Shown: in pieces, positions 1 through 10,617 of the stretch
Layout of the letters: each line of letters starts with the position of its first letter
Position numbering within the stretch: position 1 is the stretch's first letter
NCBI GenBank assembly: GCA_023248995.1
Contig: JAHFDN010000007.1
Coordinates: forward strand, 3,980 to 67,979
DNA: 64,000 bases
Direction of reading: 5' to 3'
Source: Candidatus Rokuibacteriota bacterium
GTDB lineage: Bacteria > Methylomirabilota > Methylomirabilia > Rokubacteriales > CSP1-6
Notes under the pieces: generated by a model
Databases searched by the model: none
What the model saw: only the letters and a program-made list of their open reading frames with translations
Told to the model about the DNA's origin: nothing
Program-made: the position numbers and the translations under genes

Positions 1-266
1 CCCGAAGCCTCGGCCGGGACGAGACCGCCGCGCGGGTGGCCGTGCCGATCTGGGTGGACTACATGCGCAAGGTCTTGGCGGGGACCCCGCCGGAGGAGTT
101 CCCGGTGCCGGAACGCGTCGTCCTCATGCCGGTGGACATGGACCCCTCAGGGACCTGCGCGCGCCCGGTCGTCATGGCCTTCGTCCGCGGGACCGAACCC
201 CGCGCCGCGTGCGGTTCCACCAGGGACGGCGCCGCGACGGGTCAGGGCTTGAGGGAAGGAGGATAA
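1..266 (+). CDS. C-terminal fragment of a class A penicillin-binding protein (PBP1A-like); the gene starts upstream of the window
   Basis: Frame is open from the window start. The motif ...[14 protein letters not shown]... is typical of the PBP1A C-terminal region. Its 3' end converges on and overlaps glyQS. Confidence 0.45.
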   Translation, partial: RSLGRDETAARVAVPIWVDYMRKVLAGTPPEEFPVPERVVLMPVDMDPSGTCARPVVMAFVRGTEPRAACGSTRDGAATGQGLREGG

Positions 267-1723
267 CGAGGGGCGAGAGACGCCCAGGACTCCCCTGCGA
301 ACAGCCGCTCACACACTGCTGTCAGCTCTCCGATCGGCACCCGGATCTGCTCCATCGAGTCCCGATCGCGGATGGTCACCCGCTGATCCCCCGCCTCACC
401 CGTTTCCGGATCGCCGACCGTCTGGACGTCCACCGTCACGCAGTACGGGGTGCCGACTTCGTCCTGGCGGCGATAGAGCCGGCCGATCGACGCCGTGTCG
501 TCGTAGACGGTCAGCCAACGCGGCGCCAGCTGGGCGCGAATCGCCTGGGCCGTCTCCACGATCTTCTCCCGCTTCTTGAGCAGCGGGAGCACCGCGATCT
601 TGAGGGGGGCCAGTTCCGGGTGTAGGCGCAGGACGACCCGCTTCTCCCCCCGCACCTCCTCCTCCCGGTAGGCCTCCACGAGAAACGCCAGGAACGCCCG
701 GTCCACCCCCCCCGATGGCTCGATCACGTACGGCACGACGTGCTCCTTCCGCTCCTCGTCGAAGTACGTGAGCGATTTGCCGCTGAAGCGGGCGTGTTGC
801 GTCAGGTCGAAGTCCGTGCGGTTGGCGATGCCTTCCAGCTCGCTCCAGCCCATCGGGAAGCGGTATTCGATGTCCGCGGTGCGCTTGGAGTAGTGCGACA
901 GCTCGTCCTTGCCGTGCTCCCGGAGCCGGAGGTTCTCGGCGCGGATGCCGTACCGCTGATACCAGGCCAGCCGGTCCTGCATCCACCGCTCGTGCCAGTA
1001 CTCGTCCGCCGGCACGCCGTTGACCGTGTCCTTCGGGTTCACGAAGTACTCGATCTCCATCTGCTCGAACTCGCGCGTGCGGAAGATGAAGTTGCCCGGG
1101 GTGATCTCGTTGCGGAAGCTCTTGCCGATCTGCGCGATCCCGAACGGGAGCCGGAGGCGCATGGCCTGGAGCACGTTGTCGAAGTTCACGAAGATGCCCT
1201 GCGCGGTCTCGGGCCGGAGGTACGTGAGCGACGCGTCCTCCTCCACCGGGCCCATGAACGTCTTAAACATGAGGTTGAACTGTCGCGGCGCCGTCAGCTC
1301 GCCCTTGCCGCACTCCGGACAGAGAGTGCGGCGGTTATCGCAATGCTTGCACGGCTCGCCGGCCGGCACCTCGAATTTGTTGTTGGCCTTGGCCGGACAG
1401 TAATGCGCCCACGGGACGGTGTCGAGGTGGTCGGCGCGGAAGCGCCGCTTGCAAGCGCGGCAGTCCACCATGGGATCGGTGAAGTGATCCACGTGGCCGC
1501 TGGCTTTCCACACCGTCGGGTGCATCAGGATCGAGGCGTCGAGCCCGACCATGTCGGGGCGCAGGTGAACGTTGTCCCGCCACCAGAGCCGCTTGATGTT
1601 GTTCTTGACCTCGACGCCCAGCGGGCCGAAGTCCCACACCGACCCGGTCCCGCCGTAGATCTCGCTGGACTGGAAGACGAGGCCCCGGCGCTTCGCCAGG
1701 GAAACGAGCGCCTCCATGCTCAT
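242..1723 (-). CDS. glyQS: glycine--tRNA ligase (dimeric alpha2 type)
   Basis: Strong GlyRS sequence throughout ([25 protein letters not shown]...). The 666-aa track ORF carries a GC-rich N-terminal extension. The true ATG overlaps the recO stop (ATGA). Confidence 0.9.
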   Translation of the reverse strand: MSMEALVSLAKRRGLVFQSSEIYGGTGSVWDFGPLGVEVKNNIKRLWWRDNVHLRPDMVGLDASILMHPTVWKASGHVDHFTDPMVDCRACKRRFRADHLDTVPWAHYCPAKANNKFEVPAGEPCKHCDNRRTLCPECGKGELTAPRQFNLMFKTFMGPVEEDASLTYLRPETAQGIFVNFDNVLQAMRLRLPFGIAQIGKSFRNEITPGNFIFRTREFEQMEIEYFVNPKDTVNGVPADEYWHERWMQDRLAWYQRYGIRAENLRLREHGKDELSHYSKRTADIEYRFPMGWSELEGIANRTDFDLTQHARFSGKSLTYFDEERKEHVVPYVIEPSGGVDRAFLAFLVEAYREEEVRGEKRVVLRLHPELAPLKIAVLPLLKKREKIVETAQAIRAQLAPRWLTVYDDTASIGRLYRRQDEVGTPYCVTVDVQTVGDPETGEAGDQRVTIRDRDSMEQIRVPIGELTAVCERLFAGESWASLAPRYPPSLKP

Positions 1724-2532
1724 CCTGGTCCCCCCGTGGCCGCCCCCGAGCCTCCGGCGTGGGAGAGGGGGCGGCGGATCTGGGTCATGAAGCGCGTGGT
1801 CCGAGGGACCTGGCCGATCAGCCGGGTCATCTGAGCCTCCAGCACGCCGGCCATCTCGGCCTCGAGGGGAAGTGGCACGGACGCCTTCAACACTTCGTCC
1901 CAGGAGAGAGTCCGGAGCCGCCTGAGCCCGCCGACGGCGGCGCCCGACACGTCCACCCCGTCGCTCCCGTACCGCGCGCACGGCTCGCAGACGAGCCCGC
2001 CCGCCGTGAAGTCCAGCCGCGCGGAAGCGGCGTCGGCCGGGGAGGGCTTGCTGCACGCGAGGCAGCGGTCCAGCCGGAGCCGGTGGCCGAGGAGGTCCAC
2101 GGCCCGGAGCGCAAAGCCGAAGGCCGCGCGCTGCGGCCGGACGGATCCCTCGAGCGCCCCGAGGGCCCGGAGCAGGAGGCCGTAGAGGGCCGGGTTGGGA
2201 TCGCGCTCGGCCGAGAGCCGTCCCAGGCACTCCACCACCCACGAGCCGAACGCCAGCCTGTCCAGGTGCTCCCGCACGGCCTGGAAAGGGTGAACCATGT
2301 CGAAGGCATCCACCTGGGCCAGGTCGCTCCGCTCGGTCTCGAAGAACAGGAGCTGGCCCTGGGTGAACAGCTCGAGGCCGCCGCCGAAGCGCGAGCGCGG
2401 CCGCCGGGCCGCTTTCGCGACCCCGCGGACTTTCCCGAACTCGCGCGTGTAGAAGGTGACGAGCCGATCGCTCTCGCCGAGCGCCATCCTGCCGATCACC
2501 ACCGCCTGGGTTTTCCTGAGCGCCACCGACAT
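1720..2532 (-). CDS. recO: DNA repair protein RecO
   Basis: RecO N-terminal OB-fold pattern (..[41 protein letters not shown]..) plus a Cys-rich zinc motif (CLACSKP...CEPC). Confidence 0.85.
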   Translation of the reverse strand: MSVALRKTQAVVIGRMALGESDRLVTFYTREFGKVRGVAKAARRPRSRFGGGLELFTQGQLLFFETERSDLAQVDAFDMVHPFQAVREHLDRLAFGSWVVECLGRLSAERDPNPALYGLLLRALGALEGSVRPQRAAFGFALRAVDLLGHRLRLDRCLACSKPSPADAASARLDFTAGGLVCEPCARYGSDGVDVSGAAVGGLRRLRTLSWDEVLKASVPLPLEAEMAGVLEAQMTRLIGQVPRTTRFMTQIRRPLSHAGGSGAATGGPG

Positions 2533-2536
2533 CCCT

Positions 2537-3472
2537 CTACGACGTGCGCATGAAGCCCAGCTCGCGCAGGGCCCGCCCGTCCCGCCGCCAGTTGCGGCGC
2601 ACCTCGACCCGGAGCTCCAGGTACACCGGGATGCCGAAGAACGCCTCCAGCTCCCGGCGCGCGGCGCTCCCGATCTTCTTGAGCATGGCGCCTCCCCGCC
2701 CGATCAGGATCCCCCGCTGGGACACCTGCTCCACGAAGATCGAGGCCCGGACGTACAGCCGCTCCTGGACCTGCCGCTCGGTCAGCTCCTCCACCCGGAC
2801 CGCGCAGGCGTAGGGGATCTCCTCGCGCGTGAAGCGGAAGATCTTCTCGCGGACGATCTCGGCGACGAAAAACGTCTCGGGCTGGTCTGTGAGCGTGTCC
2901 GTCGGGAAGTAGGGCGGGTGCTCGGGGAGCGCGGCCGTGACGAGCTCCAGGAGCCGGTCACAGTTGGTCCCATCCACCGCCGAGACCGGGAGGACCTCCC
3001 TGAACGGAAACCGCTTCCGATACGCCTCGATCAACGGCAAGAGCCGGGATTTGGGCCGCACCAGATCCACCTTCGTGAGGCAGCAGAAGACCGGCCCCCG
3101 GAACGCCGCCAGCGGCTTCAGGAGCTCCTCGTCCAAGGCACTCGGCTCCCCGGCCGCCGGAACGAGCAGACAGACCAGATCCACCTCCTCGACGGAGCGG
3201 TGAACGGTCTTCGCCATGAGCTCACCGAGCGGGCCTCGGGCCTCGGCGAGTCCCGGCGTGTCCACGAAGACGACCTGCGCGCCCGGCGCGTTCCTGATTC
3301 CCGTGATCCGGGTGCGCGTGGTCTGGGGTCGGGGGGAGACGATGGCGAGCTTCTCGCCGACCAGCCGATTCAGCAGCGTGGACTTGCCGACGTTGGGGCG
3401 CCCGAAGAGGCAGACGAACCCCGCCCTGAAGGTGGAGAGCGCGGGCCCGGCGAGGTCGGAAGCCGTACGCAT
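2537..3472 (-). CDS. era: GTPase Era
   Basis: G1 motif GRPNVGKSTLLN, DTPG motif, and a C-terminal KH domain (..GILIGRGGAMLKKIG..). Confidence 0.9.
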   Translation of the reverse strand: MRTASDLAGPALSTFRAGFVCLFGRPNVGKSTLLNRLVGEKLAIVSPRPQTTRTRITGIRNAPGAQVVFVDTPGLAEARGPLGELMAKTVHRSVEEVDLVCLLVPAAGEPSALDEELLKPLAAFRGPVFCCLTKVDLVRPKSRLLPLIEAYRKRFPFREVLPVSAVDGTNCDRLLELVTAALPEHPPYFPTDTLTDQPETFFVAEIVREKIFRFTREEIPYACAVRVEELTERQVQERLYVRASIFVEQVSQRGILIGRGGAMLKKIGSAARRELEAFFGIPVYLELRVEVRRNWRRDGRALRELGFMRTS

Positions 3473-3936
3473 CAGCCAGAGAGGAGACCGGCCCAGAGCC
3501 GCGTCGTCAGCGGGCCCCGCGCGCCCTCGAGGATCTCGCGGGCTCGCTCATGCATGAGCCGCGCCTCGCCCGGCTCGCCGTCCTCGTACCCGGCCAGGTG
3601 GAGGAGACCGTGCACCACGAGCAGATCGAGCTCGAGCCCGACCGGAATCTGAAGCCGCCGCGCCTGCCGGCGGGCCGTCTCGGCCGAAATGACGACCTCG
3701 CCCCAGAGCGGCGAGGGCCCGGCCACCTCAAGCGGAAAGGCCAGGACGTCGGTGGGCCGGGCACGACGCCGATAGCGGGCGTTCAAGCGCCGGATCTGGG
3801 CGTCGCCAACGAAGGTCAGATGGACAAGGGAGCCGGGACGGCCCAGGGCTCTGAGCGCGCACGCGGCTGTCCGTCGCACCCGACGGAGGGAGACGGGGAC
3901 CCGACGCTGGAGGTTCGCCAGCTCCACCGCCATCAC
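3472..3936 (-). CDS. ybeY: rRNA maturation endoribonuclease YbeY
   Basis: UPF0054 pattern with the HGLLHLAGY metal-binding region. Gene ends overlap phoH and era. Confidence 0.8.
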   Translation of the reverse strand: MMAVELANLQRRVPVSLRRVRRTAACALRALGRPGSLVHLTFVGDAQIRRLNARYRRRARPTDVLAFPLEVAGPSPLWGEVVISAETARRQARRLQIPVGLELDLLVVHGLLHLAGYEDGEPGEARLMHERAREILEGARGPLTTRLWAGLLSG

Positions 3937-4935
3937 GTCGCTGGAGCCGCGGACCCCGGCGCGCGCGCCGGAGTCCCGCGCTCCTCGTATGCCTTGACGA
4001 TCTGGGCGACCAGCTCGTGCCGGACCACGTCCTTCTCGGTGAAATACACGAAGCGGATGCCCTCGATGCCCTTCAGGATCGACTGGATCTCGATCAGTCC
4101 CGACGGCCGGTTCGACGGCAGGTCCACCTGCGTGATGTCGCCGGTGATCACCATCCTCGAGTTGAACCCGAGACGCGTGAGGAACATCTTCATCTGCTCG
4201 GACGTCGTGTTCTGGGCTTCGTCGAGGATGATGAAGGAGTCGTTCAGCGTGCGGCCCCGCATGTAGGCGAGCGGCGCGATCTCGATGACGCCCTTTTCCA
4301 TCAGCGAGGCCACCTTCTCAGCCTCCAGCATGTCGTAGAGCGCGTCGTAGAGCGGGCGCAGGTAGGGGTGGACCTTCTCGTACATGTCCCCCGGGAGGAA
4401 GCCGAGCCGCTCGCCCGCCTCCACGGCCGGACGCGTGAGGATGATCCGCGCCACCTCGCGCCGCATGAGCGCGGAGACCGCCATCGCCACGCCCAGGTAC
4501 GACTTCCCCGTCCCGGCCGGACCGATCGCGACCACGACGTCGTGGGCCCGGAGCGCGTCCACGTACCGCTTCTGGTTCGGCGTCTTCGGGCTGATCTGCT
4601 TCTTGCGCGAGGGGATCGGGATGGAGTCGCGGAGGATCCCCTCGACGTCCGCCCCCTCGTCCTCCGCGAGCATGCGGAGCGCGGCCCGCACGTCCGCCGA
4701 CTGTATCGGCGTTCCCGCCCGAACCAGCTCGGACAGCCGGTTCAGGAGGCGCTCGGCGCGAGCCACCCGTGGCTCGTCCCCCTTCAGGATGATCTCGTTG
4801 CCCCGGGCCACGATCCGGAGGGCCAGGAGGGACTCCAGCGCTTTCAGGTTCTCGTCGTGTGGCCCGAGGAGGGGGAGCAGGTCGGCCTCGGACTGGAGCT
4901 GGATGCGGCGGGTGACAGTGGTCTCAGTCAACGGC
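3933..4935 (-). CDS. phoH: PhoH-like ATPase (YbeZ family)
   Basis: Walker [10 protein letters not shown]; conserved ..[31 protein letters not shown].. The track ORF start is an upstream GC artefact; the real start (probably TTG/GTG near 4935) is uncertain. Confidence 0.8.
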
Positions 4936-4972
4936 AGCAAACCCTTCTCCCATACGTAGAGACTACCCCAAC

Positions 4973-6754
4973 TCAGGGCTCCTCGACCAGCCGGATTCCG
5001 AGGTCCCTGAGCTGGGCCGGATCCACCGGGGAGGGCGCGTCGGTAAGGGGACAGGTCCCCTTCTGGGTCTTGGGGAAGGCGATCACCTCCCGGATGGACC
5101 CTTCGCCCGTCAGGAGCGCCACCAATCGGTCCAACCCGGCGGCGATCCCTCCCATGGGGGGTGCGCCGAACTCGAGGGCTTCCAGCAGGAACCCGAAGCG
5201 GGCCCGAGCCTCCTGGGGCGCGATGCCCAGCAGCTTGAACATCTTCTCCTGGACCGACTGCTGGTGGATCCGGATGGAGCCCCCGGCCGCCTCCTGGCCG
5301 TTGATCACCAGGTCGTAGGCCTTGGCCCGGGCGCGCCCGGGGTCCGTGTCCAGGAGCGGGAGATCCTCGTCCCGAGGCGCGGTGAACGGATGGTGCACCG
5401 CGTTCCAGCGCCGCTCCTCCTCGTTCCATTCCACGAGCGGGAAGTCCACCACCCACGCCATCCTGAACTCCCCTTCCGGGACCAGGTGGAGGCGTTGAGC
5501 GACCTCCTGGCGGAGGCGGCCGAGGACCGTCGCCGCGAGCGGCATCTGATCGCCGACCAGGAGGACGAGGTCTCCAGGCTCGGCGGCCAGCCGGGACATG
5601 AGCGCCGGCCTCACGGGATCGAGGAACCGCGCCACGGGAGACTGGAGCCCCTCGGGGTTCACCTTCGCCCAGACGAGTCCCTTGCCGCCCAAGCTCTTAG
5701 CCGTCTCGGTCAGGTCGTCGAGCTCCTTGCGGCTCATCCCCGCCGCTTTCGGCGCCCGGAGCCCCTTGACCACGCCCCCCGCCGCCACAACCTGGGCGAA
5801 GGCCTGGAACTCGCTCCCCCCGAACAGGTTGGAGCAGTCAGTGAGCTCGAGGCCGAAACGCAAGTCCGGTTTGTCGCTCCCGAAGCGGGCGATCGCCTCC
5901 TCGAAGGCGAGCCGCGGGAAGGGGGTCGGCAGTTCGATCCCCTTCACGCGGCGCCAGATCGCCGCCACCATCCCTTCGACGATGGGGAGGAACTCGTCCC
6001 GGTCGAGGAAAGAGGTCTCGATGTCAATCTGGGTGAACTCCGGCTGCCGGTCTCTTCGGAGATCCTCGTCCCGGAAGCAGCGCACGATCTGGAAGTATCG
6101 CTCGACGCCCGCCACCATGAGGAGCTGCTTGAAGAGCTGGGGGGACTGGGGGAGCGCGTAGAAGCTCCCGCGTGTCAGCCGGCTCGGGACGAGGAAGTCC
6201 CGGGCGCCCTCGGGCGTGGAGCGGGTGAGAAAGGGCGTTTCCACTTCCACGAACCCGTGGGCGTGCAGATACTCGCGCACCGCCCGGCAGGCCTGGTCGC
6301 GGATGACGAGATTCAGATAGGCGGCGGGGCGCCGCAGGTCCAGGTAGCGGTGCCTGAACCGCACCGTTTCGTCCACTTCGATCTCTTCCTCGAGCGGAAA
6401 CGGAAGCGGCTTCGACTCGTTCAGGACCTTCAGCTGGCTGACCTGGACTTCCACGTCTCCGGTGGGGAGCTTGGGGTTCTCCGTCCCCGGAGGGCGGCGC
6501 TGGACCGTCCCGACCACGGCCAGCACGAACTCCGAACGCACCTCTTGGGCCCGGGTGTGGGCCTCGCCGCTCGTCTCCGGGTTAAAGACGCACTGGGTCA
6601 GCCCCTCGCGGTCGCGCAGGTCCACGAAGATCAACCCCCCGTGGTCCCGCCGCCGGAATGCCCAGCCCATCAGCGTCACGGTCCGGCCCACGTGGGAGGC
6701 CCTGAGCTCTCCCGAGCTGTGAGTCCTCCGCCAGCCGCCCAGCGTGTCCGTCAT
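4973..6754 (-). CDS. aspS: aspartate--tRNA ligase
   Basis: Full-length class II AspRS: N-terminal anticodon-binding OB domain, class II catalytic motifs, C-terminal ..GGIAAGLDRLVALL.. Confidence 0.95.
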   Translation of the reverse strand: MTDTLGGWRRTHSSGELRASHVGRTVTLMGWAFRRRDHGGLIFVDLRDREGLTQCVFNPETSGEAHTRAQEVRSEFVLAVVGTVQRRPPGTENPKLPTGDVEVQVSQLKVLNESKPLPFPLEEEIEVDETVRFRHRYLDLRRPAAYLNLVIRDQACRAVREYLHAHGFVEVETPFLTRSTPEGARDFLVPSRLTRGSFYALPQSPQLFKQLLMVAGVERYFQIVRCFRDEDLRRDRQPEFTQIDIETSFLDRDEFLPIVEGMVAAIWRRVKGIELPTPFPRLAFEEAIARFGSDKPDLRFGLELTDCSNLFGGSEFQAFAQVVAAGGVVKGLRAPKAAGMSRKELDDLTETAKSLGGKGLVWAKVNPEGLQSPVARFLDPVRPALMSRLAAEPGDLVLLVGDQMPLAATVLGRLRQEVAQRLHLVPEGEFRMAWVVDFPLVEWNEEERRWNAVHHPFTAPRDEDLPLLDTDPGRARAKAYDLVINGQEAAGGSIRIHQQSVQEKMFKLLGIAPQEARARFGFLLEALEFGAPPMGGIAAGLDRLVALLTGEGSIREVIAFPKTQKGTCPLTDAPSPVDPAQLRDLGIRLVEEP

Positions 6755-8016
6755 CGCCGCCCGGCCAGCGTCATGAGCTCGCCCTCCAGCCGGCTCAGGG
6801 GCACGACCCGCTGGGCACCCGAGGTCATCTCGCGGATCAGCGCTTCGCCCTTTTCCAACTCGCTCTCCCCGACGATCACAGCGTAGGGCACCTTGAGGCG
6901 GTTCGCCCGGTCCAGCTCGCTTCTCAGCCTGCGCACGCCATAGCCGAGCTCCACGACCGCGCCTTGCTTCCGCACGGCTTGCGCCACGGGGAAGAGACGG
7001 AGCAGCGCCGCGTCCCCGAGCGGGATGAGCAGGGCCAGCGGCCCGGCCTTATTCGAGTCGGAGGACAGGAGGAGGACGACCCGCTCCATCCCGACGGCGA
7101 AGCCGATCCCCGGGTCGGGGGGGCCACCCAGGAGCTGGACGAGGCCATCGTAGCGGCCACCGCCCGCCACCGCGTTCTGAGCTCCCAGCTCGCCCGTCAA
7201 CAGCTCGAAGGTGGTCCTCACGTAATAGTCGAACCCCCGCACCAGGCGTGGCGTCACGCGGTAGGGCAGCGCCATGGCCTCGAGGTACCGGCGGACGTGC
7301 GCGAAGTGCTCGGCGCACTCCCGGCAGAGCGCGTCCAGGATGGAGGGAGCCTCGTCGAGGACCGGCTGGCAGCCGGGCTTCTTACAGTCCAAGACACGGA
7401 GCGGGTTCCGCTCCGCCCGCTCCCGACACTCCTGGCAGAGTTCCGCCGCGCGCCGCCGGAGGTACTCCACGAGTTTCTCCCGATAGGCGGGGCGGCAGGC
7501 CGGATCCCCGATGGAGTTGAGGGCAAGGGTGAGCCGGTCTGCCAGGCCCACGCCCTGAAACAACTCCATCAGCACCGCGATCACCTCGGCGTCCAGCCCC
7601 GGGTGGACCTCGCCGACGGCCTCGAGGTTGAGCTGATGGAACTGGCGGTAACGGCCGGCCTGCGGACGCTCGTACCGGAACATGGGGCCGATGGTGTAGA
7701 GGCGGACGGGCTTGGGCTGGACGTGGAGGCCATGCTCGACGTACGCGCGCAGGACCGACGCCGTCGCTTCCGGGCGCAGGGTGAGACTCTCCCCGCCCTT
7801 GTCCTCGAAGGTATACATCTCCTTCTGAACGATGTCCGTGAGCTCACCGATCCCGCGGGCGAAGAGCTCGGTCCGTTCGAAGATCGGCGGGCGGATCTCG
7901 TGATACCCGTGCGCTTCGAACACGCGACGAGCGGTGGCCTCGACGCGCTGCCACCGGGGCGTGTCGGCGGGGAGAATGTCGTGGACGCCGCGGACGGCCT
8001 TGATCGCCACGCTCAC
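6751..8016 (-). CDS. hisS: histidine--tRNA ligase
   Basis: HisRS signature (..RGVHDILP..; ..LRPEATASVLRAY..; ..GGGRYDGL..). Overlaps aspS by ATGA. Confidence 0.95.
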   Translation of the reverse strand: MSVAIKAVRGVHDILPADTPRWQRVEATARRVFEAHGYHEIRPPIFERTELFARGIGELTDIVQKEMYTFEDKGGESLTLRPEATASVLRAYVEHGLHVQPKPVRLYTIGPMFRYERPQAGRYRQFHQLNLEAVGEVHPGLDAEVIAVLMELFQGVGLADRLTLALNSIGDPACRPAYREKLVEYLRRRAAELCQECRERAERNPLRVLDCKKPGCQPVLDEAPSILDALCRECAEHFAHVRRYLEAMALPYRVTPRLVRGFDYYVRTTFELLTGELGAQNAVAGGGRYDGLVQLLGGPPDPGIGFAVGMERVVLLLSSDSNKAGPLALLIPLGDAALLRLFPVAQAVRKQGAVVELGYGVRRLRSELDRANRLKVPYAVIVGESELEKGEALIREMTSGAQRVVPLSRLEGELMTLAGRR

Positions 8017-8531
8017 GCCCCCCGGGCGGCCTTGTACTCGGCCCGCAGCCGGACGTAGTTCCGGGCCGAGCGATGGATCAGGTCGAGGTCCTCGGCCGTG
8101 ACCGCGCGCTTCACCCGGGCCGGCGCGCCCATGAGGAGGCTCCCCCTGGGCGTCTTAGTCCCCGGAGCCACGAGGGAGCCGGCGGCCACCAGGCACTCCT
8201 CCTCCAGCACCGCCCCGTCCAGCACGATGGCGCCGATCCCGATCAGGCAGTTGGACTTGATGTGGCAGCCGTGGAGCCGCGCCCCGTGCCCGACGGTCAC
8301 GAAGTCCTCGATGATCACGGGAAAGCCGCGGCTGTTCACGTGGATCACGGTCCCGTCCTGGATGTTGGTGCCCCGCCCGATCCGGATCACGTTGACGTCC
8401 CCCCGGACGACCGCGTTGAACCAGACGCTCGATTCCTCGCCGACCTCCACGTCCCCGACGACCTGGGCCGAGGCCTCGACGAAGGCGGTCGGATGAACGT
8501 TCGGCATGGCGCCCTGATACGCGTGGATCAT
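8013..8531 (-). CDS. gamma-class carbonic anhydrase / hexapeptide-repeat (LbH) family protein
   Basis: Left-handed beta-helix hexapeptide repeats with the conserved His triad context (..VIHVNSRGFPVIIEDFVTVGHGARLHGCHI..). Confidence 0.8.
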   Translation of the reverse strand: MIHAYQGAMPNVHPTAFVEASAQVVGDVEVGEESSVWFNAVVRGDVNVIRIGRGTNIQDGTVIHVNSRGFPVIIEDFVTVGHGARLHGCHIKSNCLIGIGAIVLDGAVLEEECLVAAGSLVAPGTKTPRGSLLMGAPARVKRAVTAEDLDLIHRSARNYVRLRAEYKAARGA

Positions 8532-8622
8532 CGGTCGCCTCCACAGAAGGTCTGACGGCTCAGTATATCCCTCTGGGGCGGCGGGCGGAAGCAGCGACGA
8601 AAGGAGGAGACGAGCGGAGGGA

Positions 8623-10506
8623 TCACCTCGAAGTCGTCATGACGATGCTGGTCTCGCCCCATTTCGCCAGGACGCCCTCGAAGTAGACCACCGAGAGGAT
8701 CAGGGTCGGGGCCGGGGAGCCAGCGACAGCTCCCAATCCCGTGATCGTGTCCCCGAATCCGGTATCGAAGGTCTGAAACCGGTATCCGTTCGGACTACGG
8801 GACACCACCGCCAGCTTTCCTCTGACTTGGTTCTGCGGAAGGACGACCTCCTCGACACCGTCCCCGTCGAGATCCACCGCTAGGGGCATAGGCTCGAGGG
8901 AGTAGAAAAGGTCCCGGCTGGCTCGATCGGTCTGTCCCTCCAGCTTCAAGTGTCCGGCACTGCCGACAAGCGCAGCCGACCTCCACATCTCTTTGCCTCC
9001 GCTCGCGATGGCGAATCGATGCTGGTCGTCCACGTACGCGAGCGCCCGCGCCCCCGCACCCGCGATATTGGACAGAATCGCCCCCGTGACCCGAAAGTCC
9101 CGGGGCACCTGCACGGACCCGTCGGCGACGAGCTTTCCATCCCGAAGGACGTACCGCTCGGCCCGCCCCTTTGTGAAGAACGTATCGGCGTTGAATCGCT
9201 GGGCCCACAGGGTCCGCTTGATCCCGTCTCCGGTGGTGTCCACGGCAAAGAGGATCTGTGAAAAGCTCTGAACGACCGCTGCCGCCTTGCCCTCCCTGGT
9301 CTCCAGGATAAAGGAGGTGGGCCCAATATGGGTCAACGGGCTGTAGCGGTTCCCAACGACCTCCAGGAGACCATCGCCGTCGAGGTCGGCCAGCTGAACC
9401 GAGACGATCTGACCCGTCTCGTCCGTCACGTAGGTCCATTCGATCTCCAGGGTCCGCCCGACGATCCGGTAGAGGTAAATCCTCTGCCCGTCGGTCACGA
9501 CCAGCCGAGGGACCTTGTCCTTCGGAGAAACCGCGACATCCATCGCCAGAACGGGAAACCTCAACCGCTTCACCTCGCGGAGCGGCATCGGAAAGTTCCC
9601 GGCCGAGGGAGACTCGCTCTCCACTTCGCCGAGGAAGAGGCGCGCCAGGAAGGAACGGGAAGGGCGCGACGCCTGCTGGGGCTCGCGGCTCGCGGAGAAC
9701 TGCCGCTGAGTGGCAAGAGCCTGTTGCTGGAGAAGGCTCGCCGAGGCCGCGTTGATGGAGGATGGCACGAAGAGCCCCGCGCTCAGCACCGGGGCCGTCT
9801 CCCGCCCGGAGAGGATGGAAAAGAGGCGCACCTCGACAAAGGGCTTGGCCTCAACCTGCTTCACCCACAGGACCAGCAGATGACGGACCCCCTGGCGGGT
9901 GGCCGTGACAGCGAGCCCCTCCCCCTGGATGACTCGTTCGGGAGGGATGTGGGCCTGGGCCGCGGCCGCCGCGAAGGCGTCGCCGCTGATCACCCGAAAG
10001 CGGCGGGTCGCGGTCAGCTCTGCTGCCAACTCGTTATAGACGGTCTCCAGAAGGCCCGGGCTGACGCCCTCCGACCCGAGCGCCGCCACCGTGAGGGTGA
10101 CCGGGCCCGCCGAAATCCGCACCCGGTCCCCCGGGCGCACCCCACCGCCCCTCGCCACCGTGGCAACGGAAGACGTCTCGGAGACCTGGGCGACGACCGC
10201 CAGTCCGAGCTCCTGCTCGACCCGGCCGAGGACCTCCGCCGTCTTGGGATGCCGGAGCTCCCGCCCCTCCCGGACGAGGGAGAGCTCCATGCCCACCTGA
10301 GCGCCCTGGCGGCGGCCGACACTCAGGATCAGGTTCTTGTCCCGCACCTCGATGACCTCGCCGCTCAGCGGAGGGAAGAAGGCCGCGATCTGGCTCACGA
10401 GGGAGCCCAGGGCGGCCGGCCCCTTCGGCTCCTCGGCGGCACTCGTGGCCGCCAGGGCCGTGAGCACGAGCAGAAGGCAGCAAGCAAGCCTCCTACGGTG
10501 GGTCAT
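8623..10506 (-). CDS. secreted protein, paralog P1 of a three-member family in this window, with a C-terminal FG-GAP/VCBS beta-propeller
   Basis: Cleavable signal peptide (MTHRRRLACCLLLVLTALAATSA). The unassigned beta-rich domain is ..EVIEVRDKNLILSVGRRQGAQVGMELSLVREGRELRHPKTAEVLGRVEQELGLAVV.. The TolB-N/CsgG-like segment is ..VTLTVAALGSEGVSPGLLETVYNELAAELTATRRFRVIS.. Repeated DLDGDG..EVV FG-GAP motifs follow. See findings. Confidence 0.55.
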   Translation of the reverse strand: MTHRRRLACCLLLVLTALAATSAAEEPKGPAALGSLVSQIAAFFPPLSGEVIEVRDKNLILSVGRRQGAQVGMELSLVREGRELRHPKTAEVLGRVEQELGLAVVAQVSETSSVATVARGGGVRPGDRVRISAGPVTLTVAALGSEGVSPGLLETVYNELAAELTATRRFRVISGDAFAAAAAQAHIPPERVIQGEGLAVTATRQGVRHLLVLWVKQVEAKPFVEVRLFSILSGRETAPVLSAGLFVPSSINAASASLLQQQALATQRQFSASREPQQASRPSRSFLARLFLGEVESESPSAGNFPMPLREVKRLRFPVLAMDVAVSPKDKVPRLVVTDGQRIYLYRIVGRTLEIEWTYVTDETGQIVSVQLADLDGDGLLEVVGNRYSPLTHIGPTSFILETREGKAAAVVQSFSQILFAVDTTGDGIKRTLWAQRFNADTFFTKGRAERYVLRDGKLVADGSVQVPRDFRVTGAILSNIAGAGARALAYVDDQHRFAIASGGKEMWRSAALVGSAGHLKLEGQTDRASRDLFYSLEPMPLAVDLDGDGVEEVVLPQNQVRGKLAVVSRSPNGYRFQTFDTGFGDTITGLGAVAGSPAPTLILSVVYFEGVLAKWGETSIVMTTSR

Positions 10507-10617
10507 GACAAAACCCGGCACCCTCACGGAGGGCACTATACCTCCGCCCCATCCGAGCGAGCAAGGCGACAGGATCCGAGCGGGGGAGATCTCGTGTGGA
10601 CGGGTGGCCGGCGCGCC

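Noticed and set aside
242-2242. 666-aa ORF treated as a single protein
   Set aside because: The first about 175 codons are a GC-rich extension read through recO on another frame. GlyRS homology begins at MSMEAL (1723), whose ATG overlaps the recO stop.
3472-3936. YbeY lacking the third His of the H-x3-H-x5-H motif ([11 protein letters not shown])
   Set aside because: Hand alignment only. It could be a local alignment shift or a lineage-specific variation, which is too uncertain to call an inactive enzyme.
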